Shown piece by piece: positions 20,033 to 29,430 of a stretch of DNA of 64,000 nt. A model generated the notes under the pieces. That model saw nothing but the letters and a program-made list of their open reading frames with translations, was not told the DNA's origin and did not search any database. Numbering within the stretch: position 1 is the stretch's first letter; each line of letters opens with the position of its first letter. The position numbers and the translations under genes are program-made. The DNA is from Kiritimatiellia bacterium (lineage in GTDB: Bacteria > Verrucomicrobiota > Kiritimatiellia > UBA8416 > JBFIFS01): NCBI GenBank assembly GCA_041602695.1, contig JBFIFS010000002.1, forward strand, positions 2,644 to 66,643, read 5' to 3'.

Positions 20033-20822
20033 GGCATTCCGGGACCTTTACCCTGATCCTCTCGATGGAAGACGCCTCCCTAGCGCCCCGCGCCACATCG
20101 ATAATGGCCCCTTCAAGTGCAACATCCTTTTCGGCAACCTTAAAGGGGGCAGGCATTCCGGTGAGAAACATCTCTGTAATACTCTTGAGATCACGGCCGA
20201 TGGCAGAATCCTTTGAGCCGGTCATCCCTAGATCGGTGATGTACGCCGTACCGCCGGGGAGGATAGCCTCATCGCTTGTCTGCACATGGGTATGCGTTCC
20301 GTACACACAAGTCACCCGCCCATCAAGATATCGACCCATCACTATCTTCTCAGAGGTGGCTTCAGCATGCAGGTCCACGAAAATAGGGCCATCAGGCAAG
20401 ACCTTCGACTCCAGAAGCGCATCAACAGTGCGAAATGGACAGTCATGCGGCTTCGTCCCCATAAACACCCGCCCGACAAGATCCACGACTGACAGCGGCC
20501 CGAAGTCGGTATTGATCGTAGTGAACCCCTTCCCCGGACACGCCGGCGGCATGTTCAAGGGCCTGACGACGCGGTATTCCTGCTCCAGATAGGACTTAAT
20601 CTCCTTCTGGTCCCAGACATGATCACCTGTAGTAAGAACGTCCGCACCCGCCTCGAACAGCTCCTCGCCGAGGGCCCTCGTCAGGCCCCTGCCTCCTGCC
20701 GCGTTCTCCGCGTTGACAATCGCTATATCTATCCGGCCCTCACTCCTCAACGCGGCACAGACCTGGGCAAACGCCTTCCTCCCCGGAGCCCCTACAATAT
20801 CACCAACTACAAGTATCTTCAT
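20025..20822 (-). CDS. ymdB: YmdB-family metallophosphoesterase (2',3'-cyclic-nucleotide phosphodiesterase, TIGR00282)
   Basis: MKILVVGDIVGAPGR...VNAENAAGG calcineurin-like motifs. It sits immediately downstream of rny, as in Bacillus. Confidence 0.75.
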   Translation of the reverse strand: MKILVVGDIVGAPGRKAFAQVCAALRSEGRIDIAIVNAENAAGGRGLTRALGEELFEAGADVLTTGDHVWDQKEIKSYLEQEYRVVRPLNMPPACPGKGFTTINTDFGPLSVVDLVGRVFMGTKPHDCPFRTVDALLESKVLPDGPIFVDLHAEATSEKIVMGRYLDGRVTCVYGTHTHVQTSDEAILPGGTAYITDLGMTGSKDSAIGRDLKSITEMFLTGMPAPFKVAEKDVALEGAIIDVARGAREASSIERIRVKVPECHE

Positions 20823-20831
20823 ATTGGGCGC

Positions 20832-22385
20832 CTATTTAGCATATTCGATGCAGCGAGTTTCGCGGATAACCGTCACCCGGATCTGGCCCGGATATTGCAG
20901 GTCGGACTCGATCTTCTTGCTTACGTCGCGTGCGAGGACCATAGCACTGTCGTCATCAATGCTGCCTGGTTCCACGAGCACGCGAATCTCACGACCGGCG
21001 TGAATAGCGTAACTCTTTGTGACACCCTCAAAACCGTTGGCGATGGCCTCCAATTTCTCAAGCCGCTTCACATAGATGTCCGTAGTTTCCGCACGTGCAC
21101 CCGGCCGCGAACTCGATACAGTATCCGCGGCCGATGCAAGGATAGCGTAAACACTCTCAGCCGGGACCTCCTCGTGGTGGGCAGCAACAGCATTAACAAC
21201 AACAGCCTTCTCGTTGTGCTTCTTGAGGAGATCCGCCCCGATGAGTGCATGCCCGCCCTCGACTTCATGGTCAAGCGCCTTTCCTATGTCATGAAACAAC
21301 CCTATCCGCTTGGCCAGGGAGACATCCATATTCAGCTCACCAGCCATAACCCCCATAAGGTTTGCTACTTCGATTGAGTGCTTCAGTACGTTCTGCGTGT
21401 AGGACGTCCTGAACATCAGGCGACCGATCATCCTCAGCACGTCAGGATCCAGGCCCTGCTGGCCGCATTTGAAACAAGCCTCTTCACCCGCGAGGCGAAT
21501 CGTCTCGTCCATGCTCTCCTGAACATTAGCAACGATCTCCTCGATGCGGGCGGGATGGATCCTGCCATCATTAATCAGCTGCTCGAGCGCCTGCCTGGCC
21601 GTCTCCCGCCTCACAGGGTCAAAGGCCGATATAACAACTGCTTCAGGCGTGTCGTCGATGAGGATACTTACACCCGTCAATGCTTCGAGAGACCGGATAT
21701 TGCGGCCATCCCTGCCGATAATCCTGCCCTTCATGTCCTCATTTGGGAGCGGCACCGTGCTAGTCATCACCTCGCTGGCGTGCGAGGACGCATTGCGCTG
21801 TATTGCCTCGGAAATAATTTTCCGGGCATCGCGCTCTGCGTTCTCCTTTGCCTCATCCTGCGCCCTCCTGATCAGGGCCCCCATCTCCGAATGAAGCTCT
21901 TTTTCCATCCTCTCGAAAAGCACCTTGCGGGCCTCCTGCTCGCTCAGCCCGGCAACCTTCTGGAGTTTCTGGCTCTCTTCTTCTATAAGCTTAGCCAGGT
22001 CCTGACGCTCATCGTCAATTCTCGCCGTCTTGTCCTCAATCTCCTGCGTCTTCTCTTCAATCGTCTTCTCTTTTTTCTCGAGCAGCGAGACCTTGCGGTC
22101 CAGGTTGATCTCCTTTTGCTCTATCCTCTCCTCGAGTGCACTCATCTCTTTCTTTCTGGACTCGACAGATTTCTCGAACTCTTCCCTGAGCCGTATTGTT
22201 TCCTCTTTGGACTTAAGCTCATATTCCTTCTTCATCGAGTTCACGTCCCGCTCAGCCTGGTCCAATACTGCCTGCGCCTTTTGCTCAACTGCATTAGCGC
22301 TCGACTTCCCGACCAGATGCCGAACTAGATATCCGGCTCCAACGCCAGCGGCACCAGCAACAATCCCGATCAATGCACCACTCAT
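20832..22385 (-). CDS. rny: ribonuclease Y
   Basis: An N-terminal TM helix, a coiled coil, a KH domain (NEDMKGRIIGRDGRNIRSLE), an HD domain (LFHDIGKALDHEVEGGHALIG) and the C-terminal VTVIRETRCIEYAK. Start placed at MSGAL, which has a GGGGAGG SD; the track ORF extends to 22445. Confidence 0.9.
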   Translation of the reverse strand: MSGALIGIVAGAAGVGAGYLVRHLVGKSSANAVEQKAQAVLDQAERDVNSMKKEYELKSKEETIRLREEFEKSVESRKKEMSALEERIEQKEINLDRKVSLLEKKEKTIEEKTQEIEDKTARIDDERQDLAKLIEEESQKLQKVAGLSEQEARKVLFERMEKELHSEMGALIRRAQDEAKENAERDARKIISEAIQRNASSHASEVMTSTVPLPNEDMKGRIIGRDGRNIRSLEALTGVSILIDDTPEAVVISAFDPVRRETARQALEQLINDGRIHPARIEEIVANVQESMDETIRLAGEEACFKCGQQGLDPDVLRMIGRLMFRTSYTQNVLKHSIEVANLMGVMAGELNMDVSLAKRIGLFHDIGKALDHEVEGGHALIGADLLKKHNEKAVVVNAVAAHHEEVPAESVYAILASAADTVSSSRPGARAETTDIYVKRLEKLEAIANGFEGVTKSYAIHAGREIRVLVEPGSIDDDSAMVLARDVSKKIESDLQYPGQIRVTVIRETRCIEYAK

Positions 22386-22398
22386 ACTTGCCTCCCCA

Positions 22399-23001
22399 TT
22401 ATTCGTTCCGCGCCGCGTCATCCGACGCCGCACGAATCGATTCACTTTCAGTTACTACAACATCCACACCCAAATCATACTTATCGACGGGGACCTTCTC
22501 AAAGACGGCCGCGTCATAGATCACGCCAAAACTGACCATATCAGTCGCGCTTCCCATAAGGCCGGCGAGGATCCTGTCATAGTAGCCGCCCCCTCGGCCC
22601 AGCCGCCGCCCCTCCCTGTCAAAAGCCAAACCTGGAACAATTGCCAGAAGCCGACCGGCGGGCACGCAGCCATGTTTACCCAGCGGTTCCAGAATCCCAT
22701 ACTTTCCCGGCGCCATGCTGTCCTCACGCCGATGTTCAGCCAGCGCGTATGCGTCCCCTTTGAAAACGGGGACAAGAACCCTCTTCCGGTCTCTCCACGC
22801 CCGTTCAATCAATCCTGCCGTGCCTACCTCGGTACCGAATGACAGATAGACAAAGACCTCCTCGCAGTCCCGGTATTCATTCGATCCCAAGACCGCATCC
22901 TGTATAAGCGTCGATGCCGCTTGCCGTTCCTCCGCACTCATGCCGGCTATCCTTGCCATTGCGTCGATGCGCATGGCACCCTTTTTTTCAGCAGTCGTCA
23001 C
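22399..23001 (-). CDS. 5-formyltetrahydrofolate cyclo-ligase
   Basis: 200 aa with the GGGYYDR C-terminal motif of the MTHFS family. Confidence 0.7.
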   Translation of the reverse strand: MTTAEKKGAMRIDAMARIAGMSAEERQAASTLIQDAVLGSNEYRDCEEVFVYLSFGTEVGTAGLIERAWRDRKRVLVPVFKGDAYALAEHRREDSMAPGKYGILEPLGKHGCVPAGRLLAIVPGLAFDREGRRLGRGGGYYDRILAGLMGSATDMVSFGVIYDAAVFEKVPVDKYDLGVDVVVTESESIRAASDDAARNE

Positions 23002-24326
23002 TTCTTTTCACCCTCTTTACGCAAGCGCCGCATCCTCTTAGCAATAATTTCCTCATAGCCCTCAGTTGAGGGCTCATAGTAAACAGCAGAGGTCCCAACA
23101 TACTCCTGGTCAACAAAGTGGCCCGAGTACGAGTGCGGATATAGGTATTCCGCCTCGGACTTTTCCGTGTCGCCGTCGTCCTTCAGCCGCTTATTCTTAA
23201 GATGCTCCGGGACTGGCAGCGATCGGCCCGCCTCGATGTCCCTCTGGGCGCGGTTGATTGCCTCGTATGAAGCATTGCTCTTCGGCGCTGTCGCCAGATA
23301 AGCAGTTGCGTGAGACAAGGTTATCCTGGCCTCGGGCATCCCGACAAAGTCGACAGCCTGCATGGCCGCAACCGCTACCGTCAGTCCTCGCGGATCGGCA
23401 TTTCCAACATCCTCTGACGCCAGTATGACCAGCCGCCTCGCGATGAACCTGGGGTCCTCCCCTGCATGCAGCATCTTGGCCAGCCAGTAGACCGCCGCGT
23501 GCGGATCCGAGCCTCTTATGCTCTTGATGAAGGCGGAAATCGTATCATAATGCCCGTCCTCATCCCGGTCATAGATAACGGCCTTCTTCTGCATGGAGTC
23601 CTCAATCACGGCCCTGGTAAGACGCCTCACCCCGCAATCATCGGGAGCCGTAGTCAAAGCCGCAATTTCAAGAGCGTTCAGGGCCCGTCGAGCGTCACCC
23701 TCACACATGTTTGCCAGGTGCGCTGCCGCATCCTCTTCGATTTCCGAACGCAGCGCAGCCAAACCCCGATCTTCCTTGAGCGCCCTCGCAATGAGGATCC
23801 GAATGGCGTCCACCGAAACAGGGTTCAGCTGAAAGATCAGGGACCGGGAAACCAGCGGCGAGTTAACAAAGAACATGGGATTGTGGGTCGAAGCGCCAAT
23901 AAGCGTAACTACGCCTTCCTCAACATGAGGCAGCAGGACGTCCTGCTGGGCCTTGTTGAATCGATGAATCTCATCAATAAAGAGGATGGTCTCAGTGGCG
24001 GCAGTATCACGCTCATAGCGTGCCTTATCCATAAGGGACCGAAGCGTTGCCACATTGGAAAGCACGCCACTGGTTCTTCGGAAAGCTCTCTTAGTAGTTG
24101 CCGCGATGACTTCGGCGAGCGAGGTCTTGCCGCATCCCGGCGGGCCATAAAGGATAATGCTGTTGAGCCGGTCAGCTTCTATTGCGCGGCGGAGCAGCTT
24201 GCCTTCTCCGATGATATGATCCTGGCCGACTATCTCGTCCAGAATACGCGGGCGCATGCGGCTCGCAAGCGGAGCCGTGCTCTGGTCATCGATTCTTGCC
24301 TCTTGGCCACTTTCAAACAGGTCCAT
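22998..24326 (-). CDS. rarA: replication-associated recombination protein A (AAA+ ATPase)
   Basis: Walker A ILYGPPGCGKTS plus the MgsA/RarA C-terminal domains. Confidence 0.85.
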   Translation of the reverse strand: MDLFESGQEARIDDQSTAPLASRMRPRILDEIVGQDHIIGEGKLLRRAIEADRLNSIILYGPPGCGKTSLAEVIAATTKRAFRRTSGVLSNVATLRSLMDKARYERDTAATETILFIDEIHRFNKAQQDVLLPHVEEGVVTLIGASTHNPMFFVNSPLVSRSLIFQLNPVSVDAIRILIARALKEDRGLAALRSEIEEDAAAHLANMCEGDARRALNALEIAALTTAPDDCGVRRLTRAVIEDSMQKKAVIYDRDEDGHYDTISAFIKSIRGSDPHAAVYWLAKMLHAGEDPRFIARRLVILASEDVGNADPRGLTVAVAAMQAVDFVGMPEARITLSHATAYLATAPKSNASYEAINRAQRDIEAGRSLPVPEHLKNKRLKDDGDTEKSEAEYLYPHSYSGHFVDQEYVGTSAVYYEPSTEGYEEIIAKRMRRLRKEGEKK

Positions 24327-24482
24327 TTCGGCACCAAAAAAATACCCCGCCTAGACGTAGTGGCCAGAATCTCTGAACCTCGCGAACGAGGTGGGGAATC
24401 TAGTTACCTTCATGGGTTCCCGGCTCAAAATCGACCGGGCATCCGCATCCAGCACATTCAACTCCCCAAGACAATAATTGGG

Positions 24483-24728
24483 TCAGAGATTTTCGCCAAT
24501 TAACGTACTTCGGCAGGGTACTTTTTTGCTCGATTCAAATAGCGCCTGTGTAAAAGAACACCCCTCAGATCCATCTGAAGTATACAACAAGCGTGAATGA
24601 CGCACAAGCATCACCCGCAAAACAGTGTAAGAAATAAAAATCCCGACAGTCATTAGACAGTACATCGTCATCATGCCAGCCAGGTTATCAATCCAGTCAA
24701 ACACGGGTTTCACCCCAAAAGTACGCAA
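24483..24728 (-). CDS. hypothetical small membrane protein (81 aa; questionable, atypical codon usage)
   Basis: An ORF with one hydrophobic helix (MMTMYCLMTVGIFISYTVLRVML) lying in an AT-rich 410-nt intergenic island. Its third codon positions are T-rich, unlike the neighbouring genes. Confidence 0.2.
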   Translation of the reverse strand: MRTFGVKPVFDWIDNLAGMMTMYCLMTVGIFISYTVLRVMLVRHSRLLYTSDGSEGCSFTQALFESSKKVPCRSTLIGENL

Positions 24729-24739
24729 ATAAGCGAGGC

Positions 24740-27127
24740 CTAGCCCTCTCTAATCTCAGCGTTCAATTTACTTACTATTCCATCCCTTAATCGATCACGG
24801 AAGCCATTCGCTTCGTCATCGGTAAGGGTCCTATCAGAGGCCTGGAATGTAAAGGAATAAGCCATGCTCTTCCTTCCATCTCCTGTTCCTCCACCTCTAA
24901 AAATATCAAACAGCTCAATGCGTGTCAATTCGGGGCACTTGATTCCCTGCACGGCCTCAAGGATGTCGCCATGCGCCACATCCTCACTGACAACAATCGC
25001 TATATCCCTGGAAATCGCGGGAAACACGGGGATTTGATCAATTCCCGCCTCCCGCACAGGACTCTCGATCACTGCCTCAAGATCTATTTCCCCCACGACC
25101 GCCGGCTCAATCATTCTATATTCCTTGCGAGCAGCATCGGAAAGCACGCCTATCCAGCCTCGGGGCGCCCCATCAATCATAACTCTGGCACATGCGCCCT
25201 GCTTCAAAAGGGACGCGGAGAAAGGCTCAAGGTCCATGCTCCTTCCGTTTATGGCTATCAGCGCCTCGAGGATCCCCTTACCCCATAGAAATACTTCTTC
25301 ATCCTTCGTTTTGGACACTCGATCCAGCGCATATCGGCCAGCGTGCCCGATCAGGCCTACACAAATCCGCTCGCCTTCAGAAATGCCGCCTCTCCCTGAT
25401 GAGAAAACCTTTCCTATCTCGAAACACGCGCAGTCGTGGTTCTGGTGCGACAGGTTCCTTCCCAGCATATCCACCATCTGCGGAGCAAGGCTCCCCCGCA
25501 TAACTGAATAGTCCGCACTCACAGGATTAGGGAGCGGCACTCCCGGCTGATCCGGCAGCATCTCTGACAACTTCTTTGAAAGAAAACTGTAGTTGACCGT
25601 CTCAGTCAGGCCGAGCCCGATCAGCTGGTCGCGTATTTCCTCCCGTCGCAGTGATCTCTGGTCATCCACTGTTCCAACCGCGTGACACCCGGGCATTGCG
25701 GCGGGAATCGCATCAAGACCCTTCATTCGCGCGATCTCTTCGATGAGATCAGCCTCAATAGTGACATCCCCCCGAAATGACGGCACAGTCACGGAGAAGC
25801 CTATATCAGTCTCAAACACCGAGAACTGGAGCGAAGAGAGGATTGATGCGCAGTCCTCGCGATGGACCTCTATGCCCATGACATCCGACACTGTTTTCAC
25901 TGAAAGGTCGACAACTCGCGCCTGTGGCGGGCCTTCGTGCCTGTCGACAACTCCAACCGACACCTCGGCCCCTGCCAGTTCGGCCATCAGTTTCGCCGCA
26001 CGGCGGCTGGCAAAATCAACCCAGTCGAAGTCAACCCCGCGCTCGAATCGATGCGAGGACTCGCTCGTAAGGCCCAATTTCGAAACGGTTCTATGGATGC
26101 CTGGGGCAGCAAACGTGGCACTCTCCAGAAGAACGCGGCTGGTCGTATCGCCGATCTCGCTGCCGGCGCCGCCCATTACCCCCGCCACTGCAAGCGGTTT
26201 ATCTGAATCCGCTATGACAAGAATCCGATCATCAAGCTCCCGCTCTGCGCCGTCGAGAGTCGTGATCTTCTCTTTCTCCTCTGCATACCGGACTATAATT
26301 CCACCATCCTTGACTTGCGTGTAGTCAAAAGCATGAAGCGGATGCCCCGTCTCGAGCAGAACATAGTTAGTGATATCAACGATGTTGTTAATCGGCCTTA
26401 TCCCGCAGGCCGCGAGGCGCGCTTTCATCCATCCAGGCGATTGCCCGACTTCAACGCCACTCAGGTAGCGGGCCGTATAGCGTGGACAAGCCTCATAGCT
26501 GCGGACCTCAACCGAAACCTTCTCAGTGCATCGGCTTTCACTCTCGCAAAGCTCGGCATCCGGCAGCCTAAGATCCGTGCCATACAAAGCCGCAACTTCA
26601 CGGGCTATGCCCAGGATGCTCAGGCAGTCCGAGCGGTTCCACGTGATCTCGAGGTCCAGGACATCATCCGGCTCTCCAATTACATCATTTATCCTTGCTC
26701 CTGCCGGCGTTTCCGGATCGACGAGGAACAGCCCCGAATGATCGTCCGAAAGGCCAAGCTCGTCCTCCGCACAAAGCATGCCGAACGATTCCTCGCCACG
26801 GACCTTCGCCTTTTTGATCTTGATCCCGACCGGCAGCTTCGCGCCTACCGGTGCAAACGCCGCTCGGTCACCCTCCTTCACATTGGGAGCGCCGCAAACG
26901 ACCTGAACGATCTCCCTTCCGTCGTTTACCATGCAGATCTTGAGCCTGTCGGCCCCGGGATGATCCTTCACCTCGGTGACCTCGCCCACGATAACGCCTT
27001 CCAAACCATCGCGGACGCGTGCGATCCCCTCCACCTCGATACCGGAGAACGTCAGCTTGTCCGCCAGACCCTGAACGTCGTCGTCAAACTCAACGTACTC
27101 CCTCAGCCAGTTTAGCGGTACTTTCAT
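24740..27127 (-). CDS. pheT: phenylalanine--tRNA ligase beta subunit
   Basis: 795 aa with the characteristic N-terminus MKVPLNWLREYVEF; B3/B4, FDX-ACB and tRNA-binding domains are present. Confidence 0.9.
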   Translation of the reverse strand: MKVPLNWLREYVEFDDDVQGLADKLTFSGIEVEGIARVRDGLEGVIVGEVTEVKDHPGADRLKICMVNDGREIVQVVCGAPNVKEGDRAAFAPVGAKLPVGIKIKKAKVRGEESFGMLCAEDELGLSDDHSGLFLVDPETPAGARINDVIGEPDDVLDLEITWNRSDCLSILGIAREVAALYGTDLRLPDAELCESESRCTEKVSVEVRSYEACPRYTARYLSGVEVGQSPGWMKARLAACGIRPINNIVDITNYVLLETGHPLHAFDYTQVKDGGIIVRYAEEKEKITTLDGAERELDDRILVIADSDKPLAVAGVMGGAGSEIGDTTSRVLLESATFAAPGIHRTVSKLGLTSESSHRFERGVDFDWVDFASRRAAKLMAELAGAEVSVGVVDRHEGPPQARVVDLSVKTVSDVMGIEVHREDCASILSSLQFSVFETDIGFSVTVPSFRGDVTIEADLIEEIARMKGLDAIPAAMPGCHAVGTVDDQRSLRREEIRDQLIGLGLTETVNYSFLSKKLSEMLPDQPGVPLPNPVSADYSVMRGSLAPQMVDMLGRNLSHQNHDCACFEIGKVFSSGRGGISEGERICVGLIGHAGRYALDRVSKTKDEEVFLWGKGILEALIAINGRSMDLEPFSASLLKQGACARVMIDGAPRGWIGVLSDAARKEYRMIEPAVVGEIDLEAVIESPVREAGIDQIPVFPAISRDIAIVVSEDVAHGDILEAVQGIKCPELTRIELFDIFRGGGTGDGRKSMAYSFTFQASDRTLTDDEANGFRDRLRDGIVSKLNAEIREG

Positions 27128-28137
27128 TTGAACTGCCCCAGGAACCTTAAGTCGTTTTCATAAAGCATGCGGATATCCGGTATTCCATATTTGATCATCG
27201 CAATCCGCTCCACACCCATACCAAAAGCGAAACCGCCGACTTTCGCCGGGTCATAACCGACCTTCTCGAAAACCCGCGGATCGACGATCCCCGCGCCCGA
27301 TATCTCTATCCAGCCGCTTTGCTTGCACACGCGGCACCCTTTGCCTGCGCAAACGTGACATGAGAAATCAAACTCAACGCTCGGCTCAGTGAATGGAAAG
27401 AAATGGGGACGAAAGCGGACCTGAACGTCCTTCCCCATCATCGCCTGTGCAAAATAAGTTATCGTGCCCTTAAGTTCGGCAATAGACACGTGCCTTTCAT
27501 CCACATAAAGCCCCTCAATCTGGTAGAAGTTGGCGCTGTGTGTTGCATCCGTCGTATCGCGCCTGTAGCAGCATCCGGGAGTGATCACCCTGATCGGCGG
27601 CTTGACGCTCTCCATAACGCGGATCTGCACAGGCGAAGTCTGCGTTCTAAGCAGGGTCTTCTCGTCAAACCAGAAAGTATCCTGCCCATCCAGAGAGGGG
27701 TGATGTGCGGGCGTATTCAAAGCTTCAAAATTGTGATAAGCGGTCTCAATATCCGGTCCCTCAGCTACAGAAAACCCGATGCGGCTGAAGATCTTGATGC
27801 TGTCCGAGATAACCCGGTATATCGGATGTTTCAGCCCGAACGACTTCCAATTGCCCGGCAGCGTGTAATCTATCCCGTTGCCCTGCGCCCCCTGTGAGAG
27901 CGCCGCAGTCCTCGCTTTTACAGCGTCGCCGACTCGGACTTTGAACTCATTCGCGAGTTTGCCGATCTCCGCCTTCTGGCTTCTCTCCGCCGATCCAAGA
28001 GCTTTCATGACAAGCGGAAGCATGCCTTTTTTGCCAAGGTACTTGATCCTCAGGCATTCGAGCGAATCAGAGTCCGTCGCTGCAGCTATTTCAGCCACCG
28101 CCGTCTCTGTGCTTTTTCGTATGTCGTCAGGCGTCAT
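27124..28137 (-). CDS. pheS: phenylalanine--tRNA ligase alpha subunit
   Basis: Class II aaRS motifs (FRPHFFPFTEPSVEFD) with a 4-nt overlap with pheT. Confidence 0.9.
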   Translation of the reverse strand: MTPDDIRKSTETAVAEIAAATDSDSLECLRIKYLGKKGMLPLVMKALGSAERSQKAEIGKLANEFKVRVGDAVKARTAALSQGAQGNGIDYTLPGNWKSFGLKHPIYRVISDSIKIFSRIGFSVAEGPDIETAYHNFEALNTPAHHPSLDGQDTFWFDEKTLLRTQTSPVQIRVMESVKPPIRVITPGCCYRRDTTDATHSANFYQIEGLYVDERHVSIAELKGTITYFAQAMMGKDVQVRFRPHFFPFTEPSVEFDFSCHVCAGKGCRVCKQSGWIEISGAGIVDPRVFEKVGYDPAKVGGFAFGMGVERIAMIKYGIPDIRMLYENDLRFLGQFK

Positions 28138-28143
28138 AATTTC

Positions 28144-28175
28144 ACAATAAAAAAAGGGTCATCTCCAGGATGACC
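28144..28175 (-). terminator. intrinsic terminator/attenuator between rplT and pheS
   Basis: The minus strand reads GGGTCATC-CTGGA-GATGACCC followed by TTTTTTTATT. The pheS ATG follows 8 nt later with no SD. Confidence 0.6.
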
Positions 28176-28206
28176 CTTTTACCTTATCCAAAGCCAATCG
28201 ATAAGG

Positions 28207-28563
28207 CTAGCCCAGAGTCGCCCTGGCCATGGCCACTATCGATGTAAAGCCTTCCGGATCATGGATAGCGATTTCAGAAAGCATCTTGCGGTTAAGAGCT
28301 ACTTCCGCCTTCTTCAAGCCTTCCATGAATCGGCTGTATGAAATGTCATTCGCGCGACACGCGGCCGAGAGGCGCTGGATCCAAAGCGAACGATAGTCGC
28401 GCTTCTTGAGCCGCCGGTGCTGAGTCGCCATAACCATGGCGCGATCTACAGCTTCCGTCGCCGTTCTGTAAAGTTTGCTTCTGGCTCCGCGAAATCCGCG
28501 CGCCTGCTTAAGTACTCTCTTGCGCCTTTTTCTTGAGGCTGGCGCGTTGGTTGACCTTGGCAT
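28207..28563 (-). CDS. rplT: 50S ribosomal protein L20
   Basis: 118 aa with the typical L20 sequence (RKRRKRVLKQARGFRGARSKLYR). Confidence 0.95.
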   Translation of the reverse strand: MPRSTNAPASRKRRKRVLKQARGFRGARSKLYRTATEAVDRAMVMATQHRRLKKRDYRSLWIQRLSAACRANDISYSRFMEGLKKAEVALNRKMLSEIAIHDPEGFTSIVAMARATLG

Positions 28564-28586
28564 TCCCGTTCCTCCCGCTGAAAAGA

Positions 28587-28781
28587 CTAGCTATCCAGCA
28601 TGGCTCCGATTCGTTTGGCTGCGCCCCCTTCGAGGACACCCTTCTTCCGGAGTTGTCTTTTTCTCTTTCTCGTCTTACCACCAAGCAAATGGCCGGTCCC
28701 AGACTTGGAGTACAGGACCTTACCCTTGGCTGTCTTCTTAAAGCGCTTAGCCGCAGCTTTTCTTGTCTTCTTTTTTGGCAT
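28587..28781 (-). CDS. rpmI: 50S ribosomal protein L35
   Basis: 64 aa, MPKKKTRKAAAKRFKKTAKGK. Confidence 0.95.
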   Translation of the reverse strand: MPKKKTRKAAAKRFKKTAKGKVLYSKSGTGHLLGGKTRKRKRQLRKKGVLEGGAAKRIGAMLDS

Positions 28782-28869
28782 AAAATACCTCTAACCTATA
28801 CGTGTCGCTTACTCATTTCGGACACGAAAGAGCGTAATCTAGACGAAACAGGGCCGTCCGTCCAGTCTT

Positions 28870-29394
28870 TTACTCACCTTTTTTTGGTGTTTTGCCGGAA
28901 ATCATGGCATTAATGCTTCTTCCCATGATTCTAGGCTGCATATCTATCACAGCCAGCTCCGAGCAATCTTCCAAAACACGCTTAATTAGCTCGAAGCCAA
29001 GCTCCCTGTGGGCGTTCTCTCGTCCCCGGAAAGTAAGCGTCAGCTTCACCTTGAACCCCTTTTCGAGGAACTCCTTTATGTGGTTCACCTTGGTATCGTA
29101 ATCATGCTCAGCGACGTTGGCGTGAAACTTGATTTCCTTCACCACATGCCCCTGCTGCTTTTTCCGGGCAAGTTTCTTCTTGCGACCTTCCTCATACTGG
29201 AATTTTCCGAAGTCCATTATCCTGCATACAGGCGGTGAGGCATTCGGGGAAATCTCCACCAGGTCCATCCCCTGATCCTCAGCCTTTGCCAGAGCATCAT
29301 GAGTCTTCATGACGCCAAGCATTGATCCGTCAGCGTCTACGCAACGAACCGTTGGTACTCTTATTCTTCGGTTTGTCCTTATGAATGAGCGAAT
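28870..29394 (-). CDS. infC: translation initiation factor IF-3 (AUU start codon)
   Basis: The in-frame upstream extension of the track ORF reads IRSFIRTNRRIRVPTVRCVDADGS-MLGVM..., which aligns to the IF3 N-terminus. An ATT codon at 29394-29392 is preceded by AAGGAGG with a 5-nt spacer. Conserved VDLVEISPNASPPVCRIMDFGKFQYE follows. Confidence 0.85.
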   Translation of the reverse strand: MRSFIRTNRRIRVPTVRCVDADGSMLGVMKTHDALAKAEDQGMDLVEISPNASPPVCRIMDFGKFQYEEGRKKKLARKKQQGHVVKEIKFHANVAEHDYDTKVNHIKEFLEKGFKVKLTLTFRGRENAHRELGFELIKRVLEDCSELAVIDMQPRIMGRSINAMISGKTPKKGE

Positions 29395-29430
29395 AACCGC
29401 CTCCTTAGTTTACAGGGCTTCAGCCCACTT

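Noticed and set aside
21378-22842. Two long plus-strand ORFs (316 and 270 aa).
   Set aside because: They are antisense to rny and the 5-FTHF cyclo-ligase gene. They are Leu/Ser/Arg-rich shadow frames.
23466-24503. The 345-aa plus-strand ORF.
   Set aside because: It is antisense to rarA and has no motifs.
26315-27115. The 266-aa plus-strand ORF.
   Set aside because: It is antisense to pheT.
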